Assembly: GCA_016180085.1 (NCBI GenBank)
Contig: JACPBX010000003.1
Span: 32,001-96,000 of the forward strand
Length of the DNA stretch: 64,000 nt
Direction of reading: 5' to 3'
Source: Candidatus Woesearchaeota archaeon
Lineage (GTDB): Archaea; Nanobdellota; Nanobdellia; Woesearchaeales; UBA10216
Shown here piece after piece: positions 30,743 through 39,684 of this stretch (positions are counted from its first letter, which is position 1; each line of letters opens with the position of its first letter). The notes below the pieces were generated by a model. That model did not search any database, was not told the DNA's origin, and was given only the letters and a program-made list of their open reading frames with translations. The translations under genes were made by a program, and so were the position numbers.

Positions 30743-32212
30743 TTAAGTCTTAATTTGCAGCTGCTGCGGCAGCAGGGACTTTAACTTTTTGATGTCTTCC
30801 TTTCTGATTTCCCTGAGCACTACGAGAATGCCAAGGTAAACGATCCCCAGCATTGCGTATTCAAGCGGCAGCAGGAATTTATTGCTGAGCTGGACCGGCT
30901 GCGCGATTGCGAAAACAGCGAGCGATGCAACTGTTATCTTTGCAAGGCTGTCGTAGTTGATGAATCTTCCAAGCTTTCTGTAAACGATTATTCCGAAGAC
31001 GAGAGCTTCGGCTGCTGCTATTGCTGCTATGCCTGCTGCTGCGCCGTTAAGCCCGTACTTGGGTATTAGGACGGTGTTGGCTGCAATGGCTGCTACAAGG
31101 GCAGAGGCTGACACGAAGACAGTTACTGACGGCTTTCCAAGCGCATTGATTATTGTTGTGAGCAGGTAGGCGAATGTAAGCGCCGCCATTCCCAGAGTTA
31201 GTATGGCTGCAGGCCCTGCTGCGGCAGCGTAGTCTGACTTGTAGAGCAGCATCACAAGCGGCTTTGCCGTAGCCATCATCACCAGGCTGGCTGGCAGCAT
31301 CAGGATGAAGACATACCTCATGGCTTCCTGCACAAAGGATTGCGCGCTTTTGACTGATGATTTCAGCTTTTCGGCAACAGCAGGCAGCATAATCATTCCA
31401 AGCGCAGTTAAGACAAAATAGTTTATCCTTGCAACTGTGCCTGCAGCAGCATAATAGCCTGTGAGCTGGCTGTTGCCGAGCATTGCCTGCACCTGGAGAA
31501 GGTCGGAGTTCATGAAGGCGATTATGAGCACTGAGAACATGGCTATCGGGACAGAGAAGCCGTATAGCTCTTTGGTGCTGTGAAAGCCGCTGCTGTTCTG
31601 GGCAATCCTTGCAGTGTAAGCCAGGTAGGCAAGCGCTATTGCAGATGACAGGGGCAGCGCAATTACGGCTCCTGTTACGGAGAAGAGGTAGGCAAGCAGG
31701 AAAGTCAGCACCAGCCTGCTTGCAGAGTAGAGTATGAGCTGCTTGGCTTGTTCAGGGAACCTGCCGAGGCCTGTCAGGTATCCGCCGTAGACTGCTGTAA
31801 TGCTGTACAAAACCACCAGCGGGGTTAGAATCCACAGAAGCTGCTGCAGCGAGTTGTCCTTTAATGCAATGGCAATCGGGGCTGCGAGGAAAAAGTATAT
31901 TGCGGCAATGGCCGTTCCCATTATGAGCTGGTTTTTAAGCATGGCCTTTGCGATTGCCTGTGCGTGGTCCTTCCTTTCTGCAGTGAATTTGGCAATTGCC
32001 TGTATTATTCCCGGCGTCAGTAGCACATTCAGCACCGAAGCAACAGCGTAAACGATTCCGAATCTTCCGTAAAGCTCGGGCCCCAGGAACCTTCCCATGC
32101 CAAGGTTTATCAGCGTTCCTGAGAGAAGCAGGATAACCTGCGATGAGAGAACGTATGCGGCATTCTTTGTTGTGGACATTTTTCCGTCTCGGCTTTTAGC
32201 TTTAGCTTTCAA
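30743..32212 (-). CDS. Oligosaccharide flippase (Wzx/MOP family)
   Basis: About 12-14 TM helices; GRFLGPELYGRFG; SQLTGYYAAA. Confidence 0.9.
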   Translation of the reverse strand: MKAKAKSRDGKMSTTKNAAYVLSSQVILLLSGTLINLGMGRFLGPELYGRFGIVYAVASVLNVLLTPGIIQAIAKFTAERKDHAQAIAKAMLKNQLIMGTAIAAIYFFLAAPIAIALKDNSLQQLLWILTPLVVLYSITAVYGGYLTGLGRFPEQAKQLILYSASRLVLTFLLAYLFSVTGAVIALPLSSAIALAYLAYTARIAQNSSGFHSTKELYGFSVPIAMFSVLIIAFMNSDLLQVQAMLGNSQLTGYYAAAGTVARINYFVLTALGMIMLPAVAEKLKSSVKSAQSFVQEAMRYVFILMLPASLVMMATAKPLVMLLYKSDYAAAAGPAAILTLGMAALTFAYLLTTIINALGKPSVTVFVSASALVAAIAANTVLIPKYGLNGAAAGIAAIAAAEALVFGIIVYRKLGRFINYDSLAKITVASLAVFAIAQPVQLSNKFLLPLEYAMLGIVYLGILVVLREIRKEDIKKLKSLLPQQLQIKT

Positions 32213-32215
32213 CCT

Positions 32216-34270
32216 TCAGCTTTTCGTAGCATTGATGTGTCTGCTTACTTCGTCAGTTATCTGTGCAAATGTCTTATTCGTAATTTCCAGCACGTAAACC
32301 GCAGTTGTCAGGTTTGGTGCGTTTACGTAGTTTTCGCCAGCCGTTACGTAGTTAAGTAGCCATCTTTGGCTTCCTAAGCTGGCTACCCAGTCGAACCTGC
32401 CTGTGGTTTGGTTGTTGCTGAGGTTTCGTACATAAACTTGTTGTTCTTTGTATTTTGTTGCTGTTGGTATTGAGCTGTTGATGCCAAGCTCTATTGCTGT
32501 GTCGCCTTCTGCTTCGTTAGCGTTTCCTCCGCCACCGGCAGCAAGCGTCCAGCTCAGTGTTGTAGAGTTCAGCACGAAATAAGTGTCTGGTCTGTTGACT
32601 CCTGTGAAGCTGCAATTGTATCCTATTCCCGTTATTGAAGTTGCCAGCGTGTTTTTGACGGGGTTTGTTCTGTTGCCTATCGTGACGTTCTGAGTGTTTT
32701 GGTGGTTGGCGTCGAACACTTGGCACGTCGGCACAGAAACGGAACTGTATCTTTGGTGGAAGTCCAAGCTGAGATTAACAAAGCCGACGCTTGCTGTACT
32801 GTTCAAAACCTTACTCTCAAGAGTAACGTTATTGTATTTCATCGGGCTTGTTGTGTTGCTTACTGAAAAGTTTGTGACGTTCCATCTCGTAGCAGCACCG
32901 CCTCGCTGGAACATGAAAATTGGCTTTCCGCTATCAAGATTAGACAGGTCATGAGCCACCCAGCCAGTATCTTCATTTCCGGCAGCAGTTCCATCTCCCA
33001 TTGTGCACTTCGCGTGTGTCTTGTTAAAGGTGAAAGTGAGGTTATACCACGTGCCAGTTGACCCGCTCCAAGTTGGATTTGCCTTTGCTGTGCCTGCGCC
33101 GTTGTCGTATTGGAGAAAGTAGAGGACGCCGTCGCCAGCGGCTCCTAAACACAACAAGCTGTCTCCGCTTGAACTGCTGTAAGGGTTGTTGTCTGTTGCT
33201 CCTATCGCGTCCCAGTTTATTCTTATTCCTACCCCCATCGTTACAGCCCCTTCCAGCTGCATCATGTGCGTGCTAATCATGGTTCCAACTTCGTTCTGCT
33301 GCACAGAAATGTTGTCAGCCCTGAAAGTTGAGCAGGAGAAAGTGTTTGTACCGTCGCAGGTTGCAGAGTAAGAGAAAGCGTACCCTTTATCGCCTGCTGG
33401 GGCGAATTTTATGGTAACTCCTGTTGTTCCGCTTGTTGTGGTATTCACCCACTGCGGGTTGGTAGCGTATTCCTGGTCGTCCCAGGTGTCCCAAATGGAA
33501 GCGTTCAGAGGAACAAACACTCCATTGACTACTCCGCCGGTAGTTCTTGACTGGTTTATGTCGTTTGCGTTGTTGAAGTCGTCCACTGCTGTTGTCGCGT
33601 CGATTATGGGGTCAATTTCTATCCTTGTGGTTTGTGTTGGGCTTAGCGTTGATGGATGCAGTATCGTATCGTATTTAATCATGCCGCCGTAGGTTTTGGC
33701 TTTCGGTTTAAACCTTACCTGCTCTCCTACGAAGAATTGTGCTGTGTAGTAGTAATCGCTGCCATTAACGCTTTTTGCTGCCGGGACGTTTACCCATTCC
33801 CTTACAGTTATGGCTGTTGTGCTGGTATTTACTGTTGTCTGATTGTAAAATGATGAGTTCTCAGGGTTGAAGAGCTGTTCTACAGAGATGTTGTATATTG
33901 TAACGGTTTTTTGCACAGCCCTCAGTACTTCCACTGCATTGATGTAGCCTTGGTCGTTCTTGAATCTTAGCGTGATGTTCAGTCCTTGGTCAAAAGCGGT
34001 GTAGTTTGCGTACTGATAAAGTACTGTTTCTCCTACTTTGGCTATTTCTGGTGTTATGTTAAGGCGTCCTACTCCGCCTACTTCGTGCCATATGCTGGTT
34101 CCGCTTTTGGTTCCTCCTATCTGGAGTTCTGCAGAGCTCACGCTACCGGCTTGGAGCAACAGTAGTGAAAGGGTCATTACAGCAATAATTAACAGAACTT
34201 TTAGTCCTAACAATTGCCTTACCGTATTTTCTGCCATTTCCCAAATCTTCTTCATTCCAAACCACCTCAT
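32216..34270 (-). CDS. Secreted Asn/Thr-rich surface protein
   Basis: Signal-like LKVLLIIAVMTLSLLLLQAGSVSSA; beta-rich sequence; many N-x-S/T sequons. Confidence 0.8.
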   Translation of the reverse strand: MRWFGMKKIWEMAENTVRQLLGLKVLLIIAVMTLSLLLLQAGSVSSAELQIGGTKSGTSIWHEVGGVGRLNITPEIAKVGETVLYQYANYTAFDQGLNITLRFKNDQGYINAVEVLRAVQKTVTIYNISVEQLFNPENSSFYNQTTVNTSTTAITVREWVNVPAAKSVNGSDYYYTAQFFVGEQVRFKPKAKTYGGMIKYDTILHPSTLSPTQTTRIEIDPIIDATTAVDDFNNANDINQSRTTGGVVNGVFVPLNASIWDTWDDQEYATNPQWVNTTTSGTTGVTIKFAPAGDKGYAFSYSATCDGTNTFSCSTFRADNISVQQNEVGTMISTHMMQLEGAVTMGVGIRINWDAIGATDNNPYSSSSGDSLLCLGAAGDGVLYFLQYDNGAGTAKANPTWSGSTGTWYNLTFTFNKTHAKCTMGDGTAAGNEDTGWVAHDLSNLDSGKPIFMFQRGGAATRWNVTNFSVSNTTSPMKYNNVTLESKVLNSTASVGFVNLSLDFHQRYSSVSVPTCQVFDANHQNTQNVTIGNRTNPVKNTLATSITGIGYNCSFTGVNRPDTYFVLNSTTLSWTLAAGGGGNANEAEGDTAIELGINSSIPTATKYKEQQVYVRNLSNNQTTGRFDWVASLGSQRWLLNYVTAGENYVNAPNLTTAVYVLEITNKTFAQITDEVSRHINATKS

Positions 34271-34294
34271 AAACGTTGAGTTTTTATATAATTT

Positions 34295-36616
34295 TTACGT
34301 GATTGTAACGTTCAAAGCCTCCAAGTCATTCCATAAGCTGTTGACAGCAGTGAAATTGGCAGCGAAAGTGCCAGTTGCTGTGTAGTTATAAGTCACAAAA
34401 ACTATGGCATTCTCCTGCGGTTGCAACGTGATTGGGCTGCTGCTGCTGACTATTCCGTTGCCGGTGTTCAGGCTCCAGCTCACATTTGTCATATCAACAG
34501 TCATGTAGTTCTTAACGTAAGCCTCAAAAGTCCTCAAAGAGCCGCTGCTGTTAAGAACGGAAAAGTTGCCCACGCCAAGATATTCGACCTCAACAGGAAT
34601 GCTGGAGGAGGCTGTAAGACCGCCGCCCTGTGCCGTAGCCGTAACCGAGTAGTCGCCTTGAGCTGAGTAGTTGTGCTGAACATACACTAACAAAGATTTG
34701 CTGGAGTTAAGGTTAGTATTTTGAACGTTGCTTACAACATTCCCATCACCAAAGTCAAGAGTCCAATTAACGCTGACGTTAGTGACATCATTGTTAGTAA
34801 TGGAAAACTCAAACACCTTTTCTGATAAGTTGGAATAAAGAATTTTTAAGCCGCTTACGGAAAGGGCGCCGGCTGAGCTGACAGACAACGTCTTAGTGGC
34901 TGTCACGCCTTCCGCAATTGCGGTAGCGTTAGCTGTAACGGTGTAGTCGCCTTCGGAACTGTAATTGTATTCGAAATGTACGCGTATTGTTTCATTTATG
35001 ACCAGACTTGCGTTCCGGGTGCTGTTTATAACGGTGCCATCCCCAAGATTGAGCCACCAAGTGACATTATTAACCACGGATGAACCATTATTCTCAATAA
35101 CAAATTCAAATACTTTGTGGGTTGCCAAGGAGTAAAGCTGAGATAAGCTGGCAATTTTGAGCGAAACTACAGGAGGCAGTGGTGGGGGTGTGTTGTCGAC
35201 AAAATTGTTCGACTCATTGCTCTCATCAACCAAATTATCTAAATCAACAATCGCTACAAATAAGGAATCATTTGTAGTGTTTGAAGCTGAAAAATTAAAG
35301 ACAGCTGATGCATTCGCTGCCAAATAAGCAAGTGCAGATGAATTTTCATAAGTCCTGTTGTCAAACACGTCCAGAACAATGTTAAAAGCTGGTGCCTCCC
35401 CCAGGTTTGTGATGTTGATTGTGATGTTTGTAAGGTTATCCCCTAAAAATGAAGCATTCAGTGAAACAGCCAAATCCGGCAATGGCGGTCTTTCAAAATC
35501 TGTGTAATAAGTAAAGTTTACCTCATGCGCGTCATACAAGATATCCTTGGTAACATTTTCAACAGACAACTTTGTGAAAGAAAGCTTGAACGCGCCATTG
35601 AAGTACGTTGAGTAGATAACTTTGCCTAGAACTTCGGTTGTCACTGTTTGCGTGCCTGTACTCAATGTGGAATTTTTTGCCACTGTAGTTACGTATTCGC
35701 CTGAGGAATCATAAAGGGCAGTCTCTAAACTGTAATTGCCTGCTTCTGTGATGTTCAATGTAAAGTTAAACTGCAGCGCCTCTGAAAGATTGTTTGAGTT
35801 ATTGTCAAAAGCTCCGCTTGCGATGCTCTTTATGTAAGAACTCTTGGCAAAATCGGCATAGTTATACGATGATGTATTGTAATTAACAGTGAGTAACTTC
35901 TCACCAATCTTTACTTCTCCTATGCTATAATTGCCAACGTAGTGAGTTGATTTAATCGTTTCATTGTCAAAATCAACATCAACTGTTTGCGATGGCGTTG
36001 TTAAAGTAACTTCCTTTGTGGAAGAAATACTCTTATTATTGTACTTCAAATAAACCGTAATGCTGGTGGTTTTATTTTCTGTGACGCTTAAGTTCAATGT
36101 AACTCTGAGAAGGCTATTGCTTACAGGAGCATCCGATATTGAAGTTACGTTGACTCCTTTCTCGTAACTCAGATAATTGTTTGTCTGGACCTTGTACTTT
36201 GTGAAAACCAGTCCATAATCTTGCCCTCGCACTTCAACTGAATAATTATATTGGTTAAGGTTCAATAGTCTGGTGTCAAAAAGCACTAGTGCACTCTGGC
36301 TGGTTGAATTAACAGTGGCATTTGTATAATTTTTCAGTAAACCTGTTTTCTCATTCAGACCCACTATGAATAGGTACGTCGAACTGTTCAAGGCATTAGT
36401 AGTCAAGTTGATTATTAGCGTATCGTTCAACCCATTACCGTTCTGGTCAGTCATATAATCGCTAAAAGTGGTTACGTTAATAACGCCCGTATCGAAATCA
36501 TAATCATAAGAATCAATAAGTTTGTCAACAGTCATATTTGCAGCTAACACGGCAGATGAGCCTGCAATTAATAAAATGAAATACACTAACAACTGCCCGA
36601 CCAGTTTGCTATTCAT
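34295..36616 (-). CDS. Secreted CARDB/PKD-repeat surface protein
   Basis: Start MNSKLVGQ after a G-rich RBS; signal peptide; CARDB PDLAV...ITNLG...VDLDNLVDESNESNN; PKD-like WWLNLGDG, WTLDFGDG, HNYSAQGDYSVTATA. Confidence 0.88.
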   Translation of the reverse strand: MNSKLVGQLLVYFILLIAGSSAVLAANMTVDKLIDSYDYDFDTGVINVTTFSDYMTDQNGNGLNDTLIINLTTNALNSSTYLFIVGLNEKTGLLKNYTNATVNSTSQSALVLFDTRLLNLNQYNYSVEVRGQDYGLVFTKYKVQTNNYLSYEKGVNVTSISDAPVSNSLLRVTLNLSVTENKTTSITVYLKYNNKSISSTKEVTLTTPSQTVDVDFDNETIKSTHYVGNYSIGEVKIGEKLLTVNYNTSSYNYADFAKSSYIKSIASGAFDNNSNNLSEALQFNFTLNITEAGNYSLETALYDSSGEYVTTVAKNSTLSTGTQTVTTEVLGKVIYSTYFNGAFKLSFTKLSVENVTKDILYDAHEVNFTYYTDFERPPLPDLAVSLNASFLGDNLTNITINITNLGEAPAFNIVLDVFDNRTYENSSALAYLAANASAVFNFSASNTTNDSLFVAIVDLDNLVDESNESNNFVDNTPPPLPPVVSLKIASLSQLYSLATHKVFEFVIENNGSSVVNNVTWWLNLGDGTVINSTRNASLVINETIRVHFEYNYSSEGDYTVTANATAIAEGVTATKTLSVSSAGALSVSGLKILYSNLSEKVFEFSITNNDVTNVSVNWTLDFGDGNVVSNVQNTNLNSSKSLLVYVQHNYSAQGDYSVTATAQGGGLTASSSIPVEVEYLGVGNFSVLNSSGSLRTFEAYVKNYMTVDMTNVSWSLNTGNGIVSSSSPITLQPQENAIVFVTYNYTATGTFAANFTAVNSLWNDLEALNVTIT

Positions 36617-37019
36617 TCTCCCCCCAACTAGTATAATCACCATAAGACGTATTGCTCAGCGTCTTCACAGGCTTGACCGCAACCTCAAAATTGTTATCAA
36701 ACAAAATCTTCCTGACAGCGTTGGCTAAAGAAATATTGTTGTTCCTAAGGTGAATTTTAGTTTCATTTCGGCTCATTAAATCCATCATGGAAATACCAAG
36801 AGTGTCAAAATCGTCTATGTAAACCGTGCGGGAAGCGCTATTTGTCCCCTTATCCAAAAATATGCTTCTGGCGCTGATTAAGCGCTTCACAGCAGCGATA
36901 TCGCCCTGGATTTGGTTGCCATACGCCAAAATTTCCGGCTTGTTAGGGAGATTGATATTACCTTCATAGCTTAAGTTAGAAAAAAGTGATGCATTTTTAA
37001 CAAACGCTCTTTTTCGCAT
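36609..37019 (-). pseudogene. Truncated third cassette: anchor repeat only, hydrolase domain missing
   Basis: KPEILAYGNQIQGDIAAVKRLISAR...VKPVKTLSNTSYG matches the copies in 37575-39128 and 39685-43137, then stops after DYTSWGENE; no signal peptide. Confidence 0.75.
36639..36941 (-). repeat. 303-bp anchor repeat, copy C
   Basis: Encodes KPEIL...SYG; same length as copies A and B. Confidence 0.9.
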
Positions 37020-37020
37020 G

Positions 37021-37590
37021 TTACGCTCCTCCGCTTAATCCAATTATTAACATAATCAAACCAGATATGCCGAATGTGATGTAGGCCAATATGAGAAGAA
37101 TGACTAAATAAGTCAAATAAAAGACCACTGACTTTATCAGACCTATTAAGGGCTCAGATTTGATGTTTTTGTACGTATAAAAAGTTAAAAAAATAGAAGA
37201 GACTATGTGGCTTAGTGCGAGGCCACTAATCAAAATAGTATCCCGCGCAGTTGCATTCTTTGAAAACAGAAATAATGGCAAGTTGATAAGTAACAATGTG
37301 ATTGCTGATGGAATATAAACAAAGAGCGTATTTTCTTTTGGAAAGCTGTGAAAAAGTTTCATTAAAAAATGCGAAAAGATTTTATTAATGAGGTAAACCT
37401 GCCCATAAAAGATGAGTGTGAGAAGTGATAAGTATACAACTATGGTTGTCTGGATTGAGGCCGCATATAGAAATGACCAGAAAACAAAAAATGCCAATGA
37501 TAACGCAAGTAAAAAATTAACAATTATTTGGAGTAATTTACTCTTTCCTAGTTTAGTTTTTGCCATCTTTTGCCTCATATTAAATTGCAA
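37021..37590 (-). CDS. AT-rich multi-pass membrane protein (immunity candidate 2)
   Basis: About 5 hydrophobic helices; start overlaps the stop of the orphan hydrolase. Confidence 0.75.
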   Translation of the reverse strand: MQFNMRQKMAKTKLGKSKLLQIIVNFLLALSLAFFVFWSFLYAASIQTTIVVYLSLLTLIFYGQVYLINKIFSHFLMKLFHSFPKENTLFVYIPSAITLLLINLPLFLFSKNATARDTILISGLALSHIVSSIFLTFYTYKNIKSEPLIGLIKSVVFYLTYLVILLILAYITFGISGLIMLIIGLSGGA

Positions 37591-39128
37591 TCATTTTTAC
37601 TGTTTGAAACGTAGTTTCCATTACTACTCAACTCTTTATTCTTTAAAAACCCTTTAATAATGGAAAGTACAGGTTCGTACTCCGGTAGAGTATTGACTAT
37701 TTTCTTTGGGCCAATATGCATTACATTGCTGAAACTCACATAGTATTTGTTGCTTGAATTTATGTTGCCGCATGCTTCAGAAATATCCGCATTTGCCACT
37801 ATTCCATCTGTGCCTTGGCCAAGTGGATGAGGTATAACTTTCAGTACCTTATCAAGTTTACCTTGAATGAACAGGGTATTATTCAAATTAACATTTTGCC
37901 CTACCTTTGGTTCATTTGGGTCATTTATCCAACTTTGAAACTCACTGTAAATTTCAATAGACATCTTGTCTGGTAAACTGCTGGCACCTTGACCAACGAG
38001 ATACCATAAAAGTTCTTTCGGCTTCGTGTAGGGGAAGTAGGAAGGGGGAGAAGCAGTCAATTTGTCAATGTTTTTGCCTAATTCCACCACTAAATTCGCC
38101 ATAGTAACATGCTGTTTGCCTTGGTCTTTCAAATCCTGGATAATACCGAAAGAATCTTCTGATTCTTTTAGTAACCATATTAGACTAGCTAACTTTGTGA
38201 AGTTTCCCGGGCACCCAATCCCCACAAAAGTATCAACAGGATAAGGTGATAGATTAGTATAAAGGTACTGCCCCGTATTATAATCAAAGTAGTAACCGCT
38301 GTTATTCTTGCCTGTCTGGTGTGCTTCCAGGCTTTCCAGAGCAGCTGAGCAACCCAAGCTGAAGCCTACATAGTCAAGCTTGTTTTTGCCGCTGTACTTC
38401 TGAATTCCCGCTATAGAAGCAGGCCAGTAAAAGTCCTTCAAATCAGCAAAGGTGTAGTTTGGGCAGTTGCTGCCGCAGCCATTAGTGGAGGTGTCGTCGG
38501 TGTAAGGTCCGCCAACCATCTCAATAAGCCAAGCGTCAAAACCCTCGCCGGTCAATTCCCTGGCGAAGTCTTGCCATGAGAACAAGTTGCTGTGAATGCC
38601 TCTTGACAATACCACTGGCTTGTCACTGATGCCTGTCGCATTTCTATAGTCTGAAGAAAAATCAGAATTAACGTTCTTCACTCTTAGAACTGTTGAGTTA
38701 CCATATGAAGTGTTGCTGAGAGTTTTCACAGGCTTGACGGCTACCTCAAAGTTATTGTCGTATAAGATTTTCCTCACAGCGTTAGCCAAAGAAATATTGT
38801 TATTCCTCATGTGCAGCTTAGTCTCATTCCTACTCATCAAGTCCATCACGGAAATACCTAACGAGTCGTAGTCATCAATAAAAACAGTATACGATTTGCT
38901 GTTAGTGCCCTTATCCAAAAAGATATTTCGAGCACTGATTAAACGCTTAACAGCTGCAATGTCCCCTTGAATTCCATTGCCGTAAGCCAAAATCTCAGGC
39001 TTCCTTGAGCAACTATCTGAAAAGGAAAAGTATAAACTAATAACGCTGCTTGTTTTCTTGCCTTTTCCAAATTTTCTGTGTAGTTTAGTCATTTTAAAAA
39101 CCATGAAGCAGTGTGCGAATAATTCCAA
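37575..39128 (-). CDS. Orphan alpha/beta-hydrolase cassette (variant of the 1150-aa protein C-terminus)
   Basis: Nucleophile elbow YVGFSLG, TDGIV, MHI; oxyanion region VVLSRGIHS; no signal peptide; homology begins abruptly at KPEIL. Confidence 0.85.
   Translation of the reverse strand: MELFAHCFMVFKMTKLHRKFGKGKKTSSVISLYFSFSDSCSRKPEILAYGNGIQGDIAAVKRLISARNIFLDKGTNSKSYTVFIDDYDSLGISVMDLMSRNETKLHMRNNNISLANAVRKILYDNNFEVAVKPVKTLSNTSYGNSTVLRVKNVNSDFSSDYRNATGISDKPVVLSRGIHSNLFSWQDFARELTGEGFDAWLIEMVGGPYTDDTSTNGCGSNCPNYTFADLKDFYWPASIAGIQKYSGKNKLDYVGFSLGCSAALESLEAHQTGKNNSGYYFDYNTGQYLYTNLSPYPVDTFVGIGCPGNFTKLASLIWLLKESEDSFGIIQDLKDQGKQHVTMANLVVELGKNIDKLTASPPSYFPYTKPKELLWYLVGQGASSLPDKMSIEIYSEFQSWINDPNEPKVGQNVNLNNTLFIQGKLDKVLKVIPHPLGQGTDGIVANADISEACGNINSSNKYYVSFSNVMHIGPKKIVNTLPEYEPVLSIIKGFLKNKELSSNGNYVSNSKNDCNLI
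38700..39002 (-). repeat. 303-bp anchor repeat, copy B
   Basis: Encodes KPEILAYGNGIQGDIAAVKRLISAR...TLSNTSYG. Confidence 0.9.
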
Positions 39129-39672
39129 AACTTAATACTATAGTAAACCCCGTTATCTTACTGATGAATATCAAAGAAAACCAGAAAACTGATTGTGGTA
39201 TTAATACGGATTTTAAAAATGAATTACGGATTTTGTGCTCCTTAAAGAAAAAGTATTGAGTTAAGGTTGTAACTGATATTATCAATGAAAGAAATAACAA
39301 TATTACTACTTCATTAAATAAGATTGGATCGATGGAATATCTTTGTTCAATAAATTTAATATAAATAGCCTTTGATTTGAAAAAAAGAGCTGTTACTAAA
39401 AATGCAAAGGACAAAGAGCTAAAGGATAAAACTTTAATAAAGATGTTTTTAAATTCTAAATTCTTTCTCATTAGTGAGTTTTTAATATAACCGAGCAAGG
39501 TCAAGAATATTAGGCCGGAATAAATAAAAGATAGGATAATGAGGACTTTTAAGCTAAAACCTCCCTCAAAATTAATGCCTGTGTCTGTGCTAAATAACAT
39601 TCTGAAACTAGTTAAATAAGAAGCAAAAAAACCAATTAATAATGCATTAATAGCAACCAAGGTCTTATTCAT
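39094..39672 (-). CDS. AT-rich multi-pass membrane protein (immunity candidate 1)
   Basis: About 5 hydrophobic helices; starts about 12 bp after the stop of the 1150-aa gene. Confidence 0.75.
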   Translation of the reverse strand: MNKTLVAINALLIGFFASYLTSFRMLFSTDTGINFEGGFSLKVLIILSFIYSGLIFLTLLGYIKNSLMRKNLEFKNIFIKVLSFSSLSFAFLVTALFFKSKAIYIKFIEQRYSIDPILFNEVVILLFLSLIISVTTLTQYFFFKEHKIRNSFLKSVLIPQSVFWFSLIFISKITGFTIVLSFGIIRTLLHGF

Positions 39673-39684
39673 GCTTAATCACCC

